This document shows, piece after piece, positions 50,312 through 62,087 of a stretch of 64,000 nucleotides of DNA (positions within the stretch are counted from its first letter, which is position 1; every line of letters starts with the position of its first letter). Origin of the DNA: Chiloscyllium plagiosum (Eukaryota); contig NC_057711.1 in the NCBI RefSeq assembly GCF_004010195.1, positions 76,463,817 through 76,527,816 on the forward strand. Reading direction: 5' to 3'. The position numbers were made by a program, and so were the translations under genes. Under the pieces are notes generated by a model. The model did not search any database, was not told where the DNA came from, and was given only the letters and a program-made list of their open reading frames with translations.

Positions 50312-53300
50312 AGAACATAGAACATTATAGCGCAGTACAGGCCCTTTAGCCCTCGATGTTGCACTGACCTGTGGAACCAATCTGAAGCCTATTTATCCTA
50401 CACTATTCCATTTTCATTCAAATGTTAATCCAATGATCATTTAAATGCCCTTAAAGTTGGCAAGTTTACTACTGTTTAGGCAGTGCATTCCACATCCCTA
50501 TCACTCTCTGAACAAAGAAACAACCTCTGACATCTGTTTTATATCTATCACCCCTCAATTTAAAGCTATGTCCCCTCATACTAGCCATTACCATCTGAAG
50601 AAAAAGGATCTCACTGTCCACCCTATCTAATCCTCTGATTATTTTATATGTTTCAATTAAGTCACCTCTCAACCTTCTTCTCTCTAACGAAAACAGCCTC
50701 AAATCCCTTAGCCTTTCCTCATAAGACCTTCCCTCCATATAAGGCAGCATCCTAGTAAATCTCCTCTGAACCCTTTCCAAAGCTTCCACATCCTTCTATA
50801 ATGCAGTGACCAGAACTGTACGCAATATTCCAAGTGCAGCCGCACCAGAGTTTTGTACAGTTGCAGCATGATCTCATAGATCCAAAACTCAGTTCCCCTA
50901 CCAATAAAAGCTAACCCACTGTATGCTTCCTTAACAACCCTATCACCCTGGGTGGTAACTTTCAGGGATCTAAGTACATGGACACTGAGATCTCTCTGCT
51001 CATCTACACGACCAAGAATCTTACCATTAGCCCAGTACTCTGTATTCCTGTTGCTCCTTCCAAAGTGAATCACCTCACACTTTTCTGCATTAAACTCCAA
51101 TTGCCACCTCTCAGCTCAGCTCTATGTCCCTCTGTAACCTGGAACATCCTTCAGCACTGTCCACAACTCCACCGACCTTAGTGTCATCTGCAAATTTACT
51201 AACCCATCCTTCTACGCCCTCATCTAGATCATTTAAAAAAATGACAAACAGCAGTGGACCCAAAACAGATCCTTGCCGTAAATCACTAGTAACTGAACTC
51301 CAGGATGAACATCAACCACCACCCTCTGTCTTCTTTCAGCTCGCCAATTTCTGATTCAAACCACTAAATCACCCTCAATCCCATACCTCCGTATTTTGTG
51401 CAATAGCCTACTGTGGAGAACCTTATCAAACACCTTACTGAAATCCATATACACCACATCAACTGCTTTATCCTCATCCACCTGTTTGGTCACCATCTCA
51501 AAGAACTCAATGAGGTTTGTGAGGCATGACCTATCCTTCACAAAACCAAAGCAAGGCTCACAGGTCTATAATTACCAGGGTTGTCTCTACTCCCCTTCTT
51601 GAACAAGGGGACAGCATTTGCTATCCTCTAGTCTTCTGGCATTATTCCTGTAGACAATGATGACAAAGATCAAAGCCAAAGGCTCGGCAATCTTCTTCCT
51701 GGCTTTCCAGAGCATCCCAGGATAAATCCCATCTGGCCCAGTGGACATGACTATTTTCACACTTTCCAGAATTGCTAACACCTCCTCCTTGTGAACCTCA
51801 ATCCCATCAAGTCTGGTAGCCTGTATCTCAATATTCTCCTCAACAATATTGTCTTTTTCCAGTGTGAATAGTGATGCTAAATATTCATTTAGCTCTTCCC
51901 CTATATCCTCGGACTCCACACACAACTTCCCACTACTATCCTTGATTGGCCTTAATCTTTCCCTCATCATTCTTTTATTCCTGAAAGCTTTAGGGTTTTC
52001 CTTGATCCTGTCTGCTAATGATTTCTCATGTCCCCTCCTGGCTCTTCTTAGCTCTCTCTTTAGGTCTTTCCTGGCTAACTTATAACACTCAAGTGCTCTG
52101 ACTGAGCTTTCACATCTTATCCTAATATGAGCCTTCTTCCTCTTGACAAGAGATTCAACTTCTTTCGTAAATAATGGCTCCCTTGCTCTACCACTTCCTC
52201 CCTGTCTGACAGGTATATACTTATCAATGACACACAGTAGCTGTTCCTCGAATAAGCTCCACATTTCAATTGTGCCCAATTCCCACAGTTTCCTTCCCTG
52301 TTGTATGCATCCTAAATCTTACCTAACTGCATCATAGCTATCTTTCCCCGAGAATAACTCTTGCCCTGAATTATATATCTATCCCTTACCATTACTAAAG
52401 TAAACATAACCGAATTGTGGTCTCTATCACCAAAGTGCTCATCTACCTCCAAATGTAACACCTGGCCAGGTTCATTACCCAGTACCAAATCCAATGTGGC
52501 CTCGCCCCTTGTTGGCTTGTCTGCATACTGTGTTAGGAAGACTTACATTGGACAAAAACTGACCCATCTAAAGTACTCGATGTATTAATATTTCCAGTCA
52601 ATTTTTGGAAAGTTAAAGCCCCCCATAACAACTACCCTATTACTCTCACTCCTATCCAGAATTATCTTTGCTATCCTTTCCTCTACATCTCTGGAACTAT
52701 TCGGAGACCTATAGAAAACTCCCACCTGGGTGACCTCTCCTTTCCTGTTTCTAACTCAGCTCATACTATTTCAGCAGATTAGTCCTCAATGCCCTTTCTG
52801 CCATCGTAAAACTGTCCTTGACAAACAATGTCACACCTCCCTCTCTTTTTCCATCTTCTCTGTTCTTACTGAAACATCTAAATCCCAGAACCTGCAACAA
52901 CCAGTCCTGTTCCTGTTCTACCCATGTATCCAAAATAGCCACAACATCGAAGTCCCAGGTACCAACCCATGCTGCAAGTTCTCCCACCTTATTCCGGATG
53001 CTACTGGCGGTTGAAGTAGACACACTTCAAACCACCTTTCTGCTTGCTGGTACACTCTTGCGACCTTGAAACCTCATTTCTGACCTCACTACTCTCAATC
53101 TCCTGTACACTGGAACTACAATTTAGGTTCCATCCCCCTGCTGCATTAGTTTAAACCCTCCCCAAGAGCATTAGCAAATTGTCCTCCCAGGATATTGGTA
53201 CCCCTCTGGTTCAAGTGAAGACTATCCCGTTTGTATAGGTCCCACCTACCCAGAATGAGCCTCAATTATCCAGGTATCTGAAACCCTCCCTCCTGCACTA

Positions 53301-54410
53301 TGGAACTACAATTTAGGTTCCATCCCCCTGCTGCATTAGTTTAAACCCTCCCCAAGAGCATTAGCAAATTGTCCTCCCAGGATATTGGTACCCTTCTGGT
53401 TCAAGTGAAGACTATCCCATTTGTATAGGTCCCACCTACCCCAGAATGAGCCCCAATTATCCAGGTATCTGAAACCCTCCCTCCTGCACTATCCCTGTAG
53501 CCATGTGTTCAACTCCTCTCTCTCTATTCCTCACCTCACTAGCACGTGGCATGGACAATAAACCAGAGATAACAACTCTGTTTTTTCTAACACTAAGCTT
53601 CCACCCTAGCTCACTGAATTTCTGCCTTAAATCCCCATCCCTTTTCCTACCTATGTTGTTGGTGCCTATGTGGACCACGACTTGAGGCTGCTCCCCCTTC
53701 CCCCTCAAGAATCCCCAAAATACAATCCGAGACATCACAAACCCTGGCATCTGGGAGGCAACACAGCAACCGTGAGTCTCTCTTGTTCCTACAGAACCTC
53801 CTATCTGTCCCCCTAAATATGGAGTCCCCAATGACTAATGCTCTGCCCATCTACCGTCTTCCCTTCTGAGTAACAAGGACAGACTCTGTGCCAGAGACCT
53901 GTACCCCATGGTTTACTCCACCCCTTCCCCCCCAACAGTATCCAAAACAGTATACTTGTTGTTGAGGGTAATGGCCACAGGGGATCCCTGCACTGCCTGC
54001 TGGTTCCTTTTCCATCCTCTGACAGCAACCCATCGGCCATTTTCTTGCACCTGAGGTGTGACTACCTCCGTGTAACTACTTAATAACCCTCTCCACCTCC
54101 TGAATGATCCAAAGATCATCCAGCTCCTGTTCCCTAACACAGTTTGAGAGGAGCTTGAGTTGGGTGCACTTCCCGCAGATGAAGTCAGCAGGGACACCGG
54201 TGGAGGAATATTCAACTGCCTTAAGTGCCATTCCCACTATTTTAAATTCCTAAAGAGACTGTAGAAAAATAAAGAATATAAAGGACTAGTTATCTTACCA
54301 ATCCGGCACATAGAATCTTTTTTTTTGGTTAGAGGAGGAGGATGGGTGGGAGACACTACCTAAGTAGTGTTTCAGGTAACGCAACCACCCAAATGTATTA
54401 CTTCACTTAC
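50312..54410 (-). mobile_element. Near full-length CR1 LINE (about 4.1 kb): ORF1 esterase plus ORF2 APE-RT, frameshifted
   Basis: ALVIGDSIFRGTDRRFC (SGNH esterase), SIRNKVGELAAW...DVVAILDTW (APE) and CLTNLIEFF/DFSKVFDKV (RT). Tail agaacatagaacat. TSD tcagtt at 50306-11 and 54411-16. Confidence 0.92.
53111..53491. repeat. 190-bp tandem duplication within the CR1
   Basis: 53111-53300 is repeated at 53301-53491 with about 4 differences. Confidence 0.95.
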
Positions 54411-55432
54411 TCAGTTCTGAAGGAGGATTACTGGACTCGACACGTTAACTCTGCTTTCTCTCCACAGATGCTGCCAGACCTGCTGAGTTTTTTCCAGCAA
54501 TTTATATTTTTGTTTCTGGCAATTCTAAACTGCTTGTTCTGATTCTCAAATGTCTCCTCAGCTCTCTTCTCTTTGTTGACTTCAACTGTGAGTACCTTCA
54601 TTGATTTATTTTTCCTTAAGCTAAAAACCATCATGCAACTGTTTCTGTCATTTCTTTCCCTGGCTAGCCTTCAACCTACCTCTTGCTTGGATCTCATCAT
54701 CTTTAGTTGTGAACCTTTCACTTTCAATTATGTTTCTCCTTTCTATTACATGCAATCTGTAAGCGAAGTTCATACAGATCTTCTCACACAATGGATGGCC
54801 TTGTCCATCCATTTCCTGATAATTGAACTCATTTCTGGCCAATGCTTTCCTCAAGCATTATCCCTCTCCCATTCAAAATTGCTGCAGTCACTCTGATCCT
54901 GAAAAACTCTCTGCACCCCAGCCATTCTCTGCACCTACTGCCCATTCCCAGCATTCCATTTTTTCCCTAGTTCTTCAAACTAGTTTTATAAGCTTCCAAG
55001 ATCTATACCAGCCTCTCCCAAACACTTTGTTCAATTTCCTCTGTTAAATTTGGATTAGGTTGTGATATATCCTATTTATCTGATTTCAGCCACAGCAATG
55101 CAGAGATGACCCTGATTCAGAGTGCAAACAGTTTATTTACAGGACTTTAAACATCACAGAATTTTAGAGTAGTTCTGTGTCAATGTGACTTTGCTCGGTC
55201 CCGGGTTGTCCAGAACATTCAGTCGAGGAAGCAATCAAGTTGACTCACTGGCTCCAACTCCAGGATTAATCTGTTAAAAATTTACAAGGACCTCTGATGA
55301 GATTAGCATAATCTAACACTAATGGAAACATTGAACATGACGCACGCCACTATAGTTTCTCACAGTGCAAAGCAGCCTTACACAAAGTCAGATTTGTCAT
55401 TCTTCCTGAATGCTTGAGAGTATGAACTCTCA

Positions 55433-55624
55433 GCTGAAAATGTGTTGCTGTAAAAGCGCAGCAGGTCAGGCAGCATCCAAGGAACAGGAGAATCGACGTT
55501 TCGGAAGGGCTTATGCCCAAAACGTCAATTCTCCTGCTCCTTGGATGCTGCCTGACCTGCTGCGCTTTTACAGCAATACATTTCAGCTCAGATCTCCAGC
55601 ATCTGCAGTCCTCACTTTCTCTTC
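55433..55624 (+). mobile_element. Family A PLE-derived hairpin insertion (ribozyme core lost at the junction)
   Basis: TSD agtatgaactctca at 55419-55432 and 55625-55638. Inverted arms of about 70 bp. Confidence 0.82.
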
Positions 55625-56409
55625 AGTATGAACTCTCATCCTCAAACTTTTTTCCATGTTTGATATGTATCTATTTCCTACCTTTTTGAAGTGCAGGTCC
55701 AGAGTCCAGACTTCTGCACCATTTGATTTTGCCTGAATGCAAGAAATGCATTTCCAGGAATGGTTTATTTTCTACCTCTACCACATCAGACCCCCACCTT
55801 ATGATTTGTGCTCTTGCTTATCTCCTTGCTGCTCCTACCAACATCATCCATGGACATAGATTAGTTTGCATTTGTATGCTCTTACACCAGGCTCTCTAAT
55901 TATCGCATTTGATATTTTTCATCTCCACACTTTCTCATTTCAATTCTCTCTGATGGCGTCACTTCCTCCACCATTCACAAATTCCAAGTATCCCAAGGCT
56001 GGATGTTGACACCCTGTTCACGTCCAGTATTGCCGAATGATCACCACATCAATAGTTACCTGCACTGATTCCCTGCTTCTCAACTTGGCAAATGTTAAGT
56101 ATTCATCCAGTCTACAAATCATTACATCTTTTGACTGTAATCTCCCCCATCCCTAAATCTCTTCCCAAACACTTTTTTCATCCAATTGGAAACAATATTG
56201 ACATGCCCACCACCCGTAACATCCTCTTCTCTGTCCATTCATAAAGGATAGCTGGGGGCTGCATGTTCCCACTGAATGTAAGAAACAGAAACTGGAATGA
56301 ATTGTGGGTTCTTATATGCTCCCAAGGTCATATAGAATTCTCAGGGATGACTCATTAATTGGTAGCGAGCTGGGTAAAGAAGAAGGAGCCTAATATAATG
56401 GGCCATAAT

Positions 56410-56598
56410 GTGGAGGTGACTGGGTTGGACAAGGTTAAAAAATCACACAACATCAGGTTCTGGTCGAACGGATTTATCTGTAAACATTAGCTTTCGGAGC
56501 ACTGAACCTTCACCTGATGAAGGAGCACCACTCCAAAAAGCTTGTGTTTTCAAATAAACCCATTGGAATAGAACCTGGTCTTGTATGATTTTTGACCT
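56410..56598. mobile_element. Family C PLE-derived hairpin
   Basis: Imperfect inverted arms (ggttaaaaaatcacacaac.../...gtatgatttttgacc) with a hammerhead motif at the fold. Confidence 0.65.
56511..56546 (+). ncRNA. Decayed hammerhead motif (family C)
   Basis: CAC-CUGAUGA-A-GGAG(CACCA)CUCC-AAAAA-GC-UU-GUG. Related copies are on - at 37634-37668 and 62171-62205, the latter with GAAAGC intact. Confidence 0.6.
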
Positions 56599-56769
56599 AG
56601 TATTATGGAAATGTCATCTCTGGCTCCTTATAGGTTTTGTAATTATAGCTAAGAAGACACTGAAACTTGTACTTATTGCTATCATGTAACAAACTGCATC
56701 TTGTTATTAATATTAGTTCCTCTTCTCATTAAGACTCAATAATGGTTTGTCTTCTACCACTGCTAATTT

Positions 56770-58200
56770 CACGTGAAAAAGAACTAAGGAAATTAATGAG
56801 GCTAAAGGCTGACAAGCCTCTAACCTGATGGTTTGCATTTAAGGATTGTACAAGAAGTCAGTGCAGAGAAAATGGTAGTAATCTTCCAAGAATCCTTAGA
56901 TTCAGGACAAGTCCCACATGATTAAAAAGCAACAAATGTAAAACACTTATTCAAAAAGGGAAGGAGATAGAAAACCAAGTAACAAATAGCCAGCTAGCTT
57001 GGCAGTTTCGTATTAGAGTAGATTCTAAAGAAGGTGAAGCAGAACATTTAGAAATGAATAATAAAATCAAGGAGAGACAGTATAGTTTCAGCCAGACGTT
57101 AAATGGATTGTTGCACTCAAGGCTACTTAATAAGAACAAAGCCCATTCTGTTTGGGCCAGTATATTAGAATGGATAGAGGATTGGCTAGCTAATAGAAAA
57201 CAGAGAATTGTGATAAAGGAAGCATTTTCAGAATGGCGACTAGTGACTATTGGAGTGCTGTAGGGATCAGTGCTGAAGCCACAGTTAATTCTAGTAGATA
57301 TTAATAACATGGATAACAAAAATGAAAGTACTCTGGCCAAGTTTCTGAATGCCACAAACACAGCTGGGAAGGCAAATAATGAGGATGATAGGGAAGGTAA
57401 GCAAGTAGACAAAAACTTGGCTAATGTAGTATCATGTGGGAAAATGTAAGGCTCTACACTTTGAGAGAAAGTATAGAGGTGCGGAATATTGATTAAATGC
57501 AGAAAACTGCAGAAAATTACAGTATAAGATTTGGAAGTTTTGCACATGAATCACAAAAAAGATAGCATCTAATTTCACCAGGAAATAGGGAAGGCAAATA
57601 GACTTTACTTCAAAGGGAATGGAGCAGAAAAACTGTACAAGTCTCTTGTTGAACCAAAGCTGGAATATTAAGAACAGTTTTGGCACCTTATCTAAGGAAA
57701 GATATACTGGCATTGGAGGCAGTCCAGAGAAGGTTCACTAGGTTGATCCAGGTTTGGAGGGATTACTTTATGAGGAAAGGTTGAGTAGATTGAGCTTGTT
57801 AAGAAAAATGAGAGGAGATCTTATTGAAACGTATAGATTACTTGAGGGTTTAATAGGGTGGATGCAGAGAGCTTATTCATCTTGTGGGAAAGTCTAAGAC
57901 CAGAGGACATAATCTCAGAGTAAGGGACTGTCCATTGAAGACAGAGATGAAGACGGTTTATTTTTTTCCAGTGCATAATCAATCTCTGAAATTCTTTTCA
58001 CAGCAGAGAGCTGTCAAGGCTCGGTGATTAGTTATATGCAAGTCCCAGATAGGCAGGTCTTTAACCAGCAAGAGAGTCCATGGTTATGGGGAAAAGGCAG
58101 CAAAATGAAGATTATCAGATCAGCCATGATCACATTGAATGGTGGAGCAAATCTGGTGGGCTGAATGGCCTACTTCTGCTCCTACATCTTATGGTCTTAT
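56770..58200 (+). mobile_element. CR1 ORF2 3' region
   Basis: WIEDWLANRKQRIVI...WRLVT.GV. The tail is tcttatggtcttat. Confidence 0.85.
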
Positions 58201-58202
58201 AG

Positions 58203-58572
58203 ACTCAAAATATAAAGGACAATTGGAGACTGCACACTACCTCAACTATAAAGTGACTTGGAGATTGCACCCTACCTCAACCATAAAGGGGAATGGGACA
58301 CTGCACCGTACTTCAACTATAAAGGGGAATTGGAGTCTGCACTCTACCTCAACCATAAAGGGGAATGGGACACTGCACCCTACCTCAACTATAAAGGGGA
58401 ACTGGAGTCTGCACTCTACCTCAACTATAAAGTGAATTGGAGATTGCACCCTACCTCAACTATAAAGGGGAATGGGACACTGCACCATACCCCAACTATA
58501 AAGGGGAATTGGAGTCTGCACTCTACCTCAACTATAAAGGGGAATTGGAGTCTGCACTCTACCTCAACTATA
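58203..58572. repeat. Minisatellite, 35-36 bp unit, about 10 copies
   Basis: Unit tacctcaactataaaggggaattggagtctgcactc. Unit starts at 58238, 58273, 58309, 58345, 58381, 58417, 58452, 58488, 58524 and 58560. Confidence 0.95.
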
Positions 58573-59692
58573 ACGCACCAGTGGTTTGTTTGCAACATTC
58601 AATACATCTATAATATTTGGCACTCCATTCCATACCTTTCCAGTTCTACTCATTGTTGCATTAGCAGTCTCTTCCTACTGTCCCCCAAGACCCTGAAAGA
58701 GAAAACAATGCAAAAATTCACCTGGATCCCTATATATAACCAGGACCAGAATTTGTAACCATCTTCATTTTTCTCACTGAAATTACCTTCCTAAATCAAT
58801 CCGTCTCTCCATATTTAAAAGCCTTTGCAAATCACATCGCTCAGATATCTTCTAACCTTTCTTCTTGGCTTGTTCTTTTTTGTCCTTCTGCCAATTTGGG
58901 AAGTGTTTTGGTTTTTTTTAAACATGCTTTGTTGTATGCAAATCTAAATGCTTGATAGTTCATTTCTCGCCATTCTAAAGAAAATAACTTTATTAGAACA
59001 TAGAACATAGAACATAGAACAATACAGCGCAGTACAGGCCCTTCGGCCCTCGATGTTGCGCCGATCCAAGCCCACCTAACCTACACTAGCCCACTATCCT
59101 CCATATGCCTATCCAATGCCCGCTTAAATGCCCATAATGAGGGAGAGATTACAGTTTATTGTTTAACTGTAATCTCTGTAACTTGGAAGGAACATCCATT
59201 CATTGCTGCATTTTATTCTGCCAATCTGTCCAAATTTTCTTTTAATGAAATTCCAAGTTTCATCCTTGACATGAATGTCATGTTCTTTACTTTCAGAATT
59301 TCCATAAAATTCTAATTGTGGGAGAAACATCAGTGAAGTTTAAACAGACAGCACTTAAGCCTTAGCCCTGTGCTTTCAGCCAAAGTTATGATGGACAACT
59401 GGGGCACTTGTGGAAGTTCTACCCTAATGTCTCTTAATTCAATCTTGTTTTATTTAAATAACCTGCTCTGTCAAATTGAAACTGTTCAACAAAACAATCC
59501 TTCTGTGTTGTCCTATTTAACTTGATTATTAAGTATTTTTGAGCAAAAAGCAACATTAAACTATGAATTATACACTGTTAAGCCACTTATTTCAATAAGA
59601 AAAAGCACTGGAATCCTCCAATTGTGCGCATGAAATGCAATTGAAAATTGGCCATTTAATAATTGAGATCATGTAACTTTGTGTTATTTCAG

Positions 59693-59896
59693 AGAGTCAA
59701 TGTGTGCAAACTTGTCCAAGTGGTTACTATGGTAATGAAGATAGTGCTGTTTGTGAGAGTTGTTACCCCAGATGCAGTATGTGCCATGGTCCCAGCTTTG
59801 ATGATTGTGATATTTGTGAGAGCTCGTATATATTACAGAATGGAAAATGCATCTCTGATCTTTCAATAAGCTGTAAACAAGGAACCTACTGGCAAG
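59693..59896 (+). CDS. PCSK5: PCSK5 exon g, 204 nt, phase 1->1
   Basis: Acceptor gtgttatttcAG and donor GTgagt at 59897. Reads (E)SQCVQTCPSGYYGNEDSAVCESCYPRCSMCHGPSFDDCDICESSYILQNGKCISDLSISCKQGTYWQ. Confidence 0.92.
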
Positions 59897-61240
59897 GTGA
59901 GTCATATCTACCATAAATGCTGGAGAGGAAATTAGATTTGGATGCTGAATCCGTTTTCAAATTGTGAAATGTTATTAATGTTTGCTGAAATACAAACGAT
60001 GGGTTAGACACAAGGTGGAAGAATTGGGTGTACAAGCAATTTTATTGATAGATAAATTAAATGTTTTTAATTACATCTTAACAATTGTTAGCAGACAATT
60101 TAAAATGAACAAGCAATGATTGTTAAAAAACTCAAAGATATTTTTGGTTTAAACAAAAAAAATGATGAATTACATGTAGTTCATGCATAAAGTGATGCTT
60201 GTACAGGAAGGTGCCCTAATGTTTAATCAGAGCAAAACCTCAACCTCAAACCCCAGAATAGTTTGCAGGTAAATGAGTTTCTTAACCACCCCCAATGTTC
60301 TCCATTTTTCCGCAGGCATGAACAACTGTCAGATCATTACCAATTCATTTGAAACTATAGACTGTGGTTATTGGCAAGTCACTGTAGGACAAATAGTAGC
60401 AAGCTACAGCTGATGCCATGGGTCAGAATTAGAAATTTATTTCTTTATATAATTGTTATAACCAAAAGAATATAAGATATAAGAAACAGGAGCAAGAGTA
60501 GGCCATCTGGCCCCTTGAACCTACTCTGCTATTAAGTAATATCATGGATGACCTGATTGTGGCTTTAAGCCATTTCTTTGTTTGAACTGTACCCCCCAAA
60601 ACCTCTTTTCAAAACCCCGCCAATCCTGCCACCAAAATCTAGACTTGATTATATTCAGTAACCTAGGCCTTGGGGTGGATAAATTCAAAGTTTAACAATC
60701 CTCATCTCAGTTTTAACATGAGACCCTTTAATTATAAACTGTCCCCCTTAGTTCTAAATTCCATCTGTTGCCAAATACTTTTTCAGTACCTACCCTATCA
60801 AACTTCCTCAGAATTTTACATGTTTCATTCTTCTAAACTGCAGTAGGTGTAGGCCCTACCTGCTCAACCTTTTCTCACAGAACAGCACATTCATCCCAGG
60901 AATCTAGTGAATCTTCTCTGAATTACCTCCAATGTAAGCAGATTCCTTCTTAAAATAAGGGCAACAAAAATGTATGTTGTACTTAAGTGATCACATTAAG
61001 GCCCTATACATTTGAAGATGATGCCCCTATATTTGAACTCCATCCATCTCTCATTTGCCTTCTTAATCACTTGCTATACTTTGTTTCAGGTGGCCCAATC
61101 TCTTTGTAAATTCTTTAGCCTGGTCTACATTTAAATGATATTTTCCTTCTCTAGTCTTCCTTCCGAAGTGGGAAATCTCACATTTCCCACATTATATTCC
61201 ATCTACCAAGTTTTTGTCCACTGACTTCACTTACCTACAT

Positions 61241-61575
61241 CACTAAAAAGAGGCATAAAGTCAAAGCTTTTCGCCTTGCCCTCATCAGGTCTGGAATCAC
61301 AGAAACCAAACTGAGAAAGGGTACACCAAGAAGAAGGTGCAGATTGGTTGAACTATGTTTGGCGTCAAGAACTGTTATCTGACAATCTTAGATGATTAAG
61401 TTCAGAGCAGGGAGGTAGACTCTGATTGGTCAGGCTATTCTAAGAAATTAACAGTCTCCATTACCCATTTTTCAATGCAAAAGATACAATGTACAGACTG
61501 TCCTTCATATAAGGCTACATTTGACTGAGGGTGACATCAAGAAGGTAATCAAAACTCATTCCTATCATAATTCTC
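61241..61575. mobile_element. Old dispersed repeat (family D) with terminal hammerhead-like motif; relatives at about 49081-49405 and 13286-13440
   Basis: All three copies share an aaaaga-ac...aagctttt....ctcatcag-like start, and two share ggtagactct.att.gg.cagg internally. Confidence 0.5.
61260..61291 (-). ncRNA. Hammerhead-like motif (family D)
   Basis: Minus strand reads GAC-CUGAUGA-G(GGCAAGG)C-GAAA-AGCU-UU-GAC. Both core boxes are intact and stem III is the palindrome AAGCUU, but stems I and II are weak. Confidence 0.5.
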
Positions 61576-62087
61576 TAAATTTCCTGGTATGACTTGGTTG
61601 CTGGAAGATTGGGAGAGGCTAGCACAATTGCAACATTTAAAAGGATCTGGATGGGTATATGAATAGGAAACGTTTGGAGGAATATGAGCCGGGTGCTGGC
61701 AAGTGGGACTCTAGCTTGGGTTGGATATCTGATTGGCATGGACGGGTTGGACCGAAGGCTTTGTTTCTGTGCTGTGCATCACTATAACTTCCTCAATAAT
61801 GGCTTCCAGCATCTTTCCACCAATACTAGTCTAACTAGTCTGTAATTCCATACTTCTGTTTCCTTTCTTGAATTTAGGAGTTATGTTTGCAATTTTCCAA
61901 TCTGCTGGTACCTTTCCAGAATCTAGAAAATTACAAGCAATGTATCCACTATTCCTGCAGCCTGCTTATTTTATGACTCTAAGATGCAGGCTTACAGGTC
62001 CAGAGGACCCCAGTGTTTACTGTACTATTTTGAAATGGCAATTTGTGTGTTGCATTCACTTAAAATTGCCAGAGATGGAGAATGATG

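Larger units (their letters stand above)
49985..54520 (+). mobile_element. Penelope-like 3' remnant (family B) split by a CR1 insertion (pieces 49985-50311 and 54411-54520)
   Basis: SGLLQWSSKAQRK segment homologous to the 8270-8400 region. The element resumes after the CR1 with tcagttCTGAAGGA...cacgttaact (decayed hammerhead at 54413-54450). Confidence 0.7.
60470..62030 (-). mobile_element. Old CR1 fragment (60470-61240, 61790-62030) interrupted by a family D repeat and a CR1 tail
   Basis: Tail ataagatataagaaacaggagc and RT-derived sequence homologous to 40905-42300. Confidence 0.7.

Noticed and set aside
9813..52279. RT, endonuclease and esterase ORFs as functional genes or an active LINE
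   Set aside because: All are fragmented by stops, frameshifts and deletions. No intact ORF2 is present in the window.
55061..55355. Possible short solo LTR
   Set aside because: It has a TG start and an internal tttatt, but no clean CA end or TSD.
58203..58572. 36-bp periodic array as a CRISPR array or a repeat-protein ORF (58258-58758)
   Set aside because: The units are contiguous with no unique spacers, there are no cas genes, and the context is vertebrate. The ORFs arise from unit length and are shifted by the 35-bp units.
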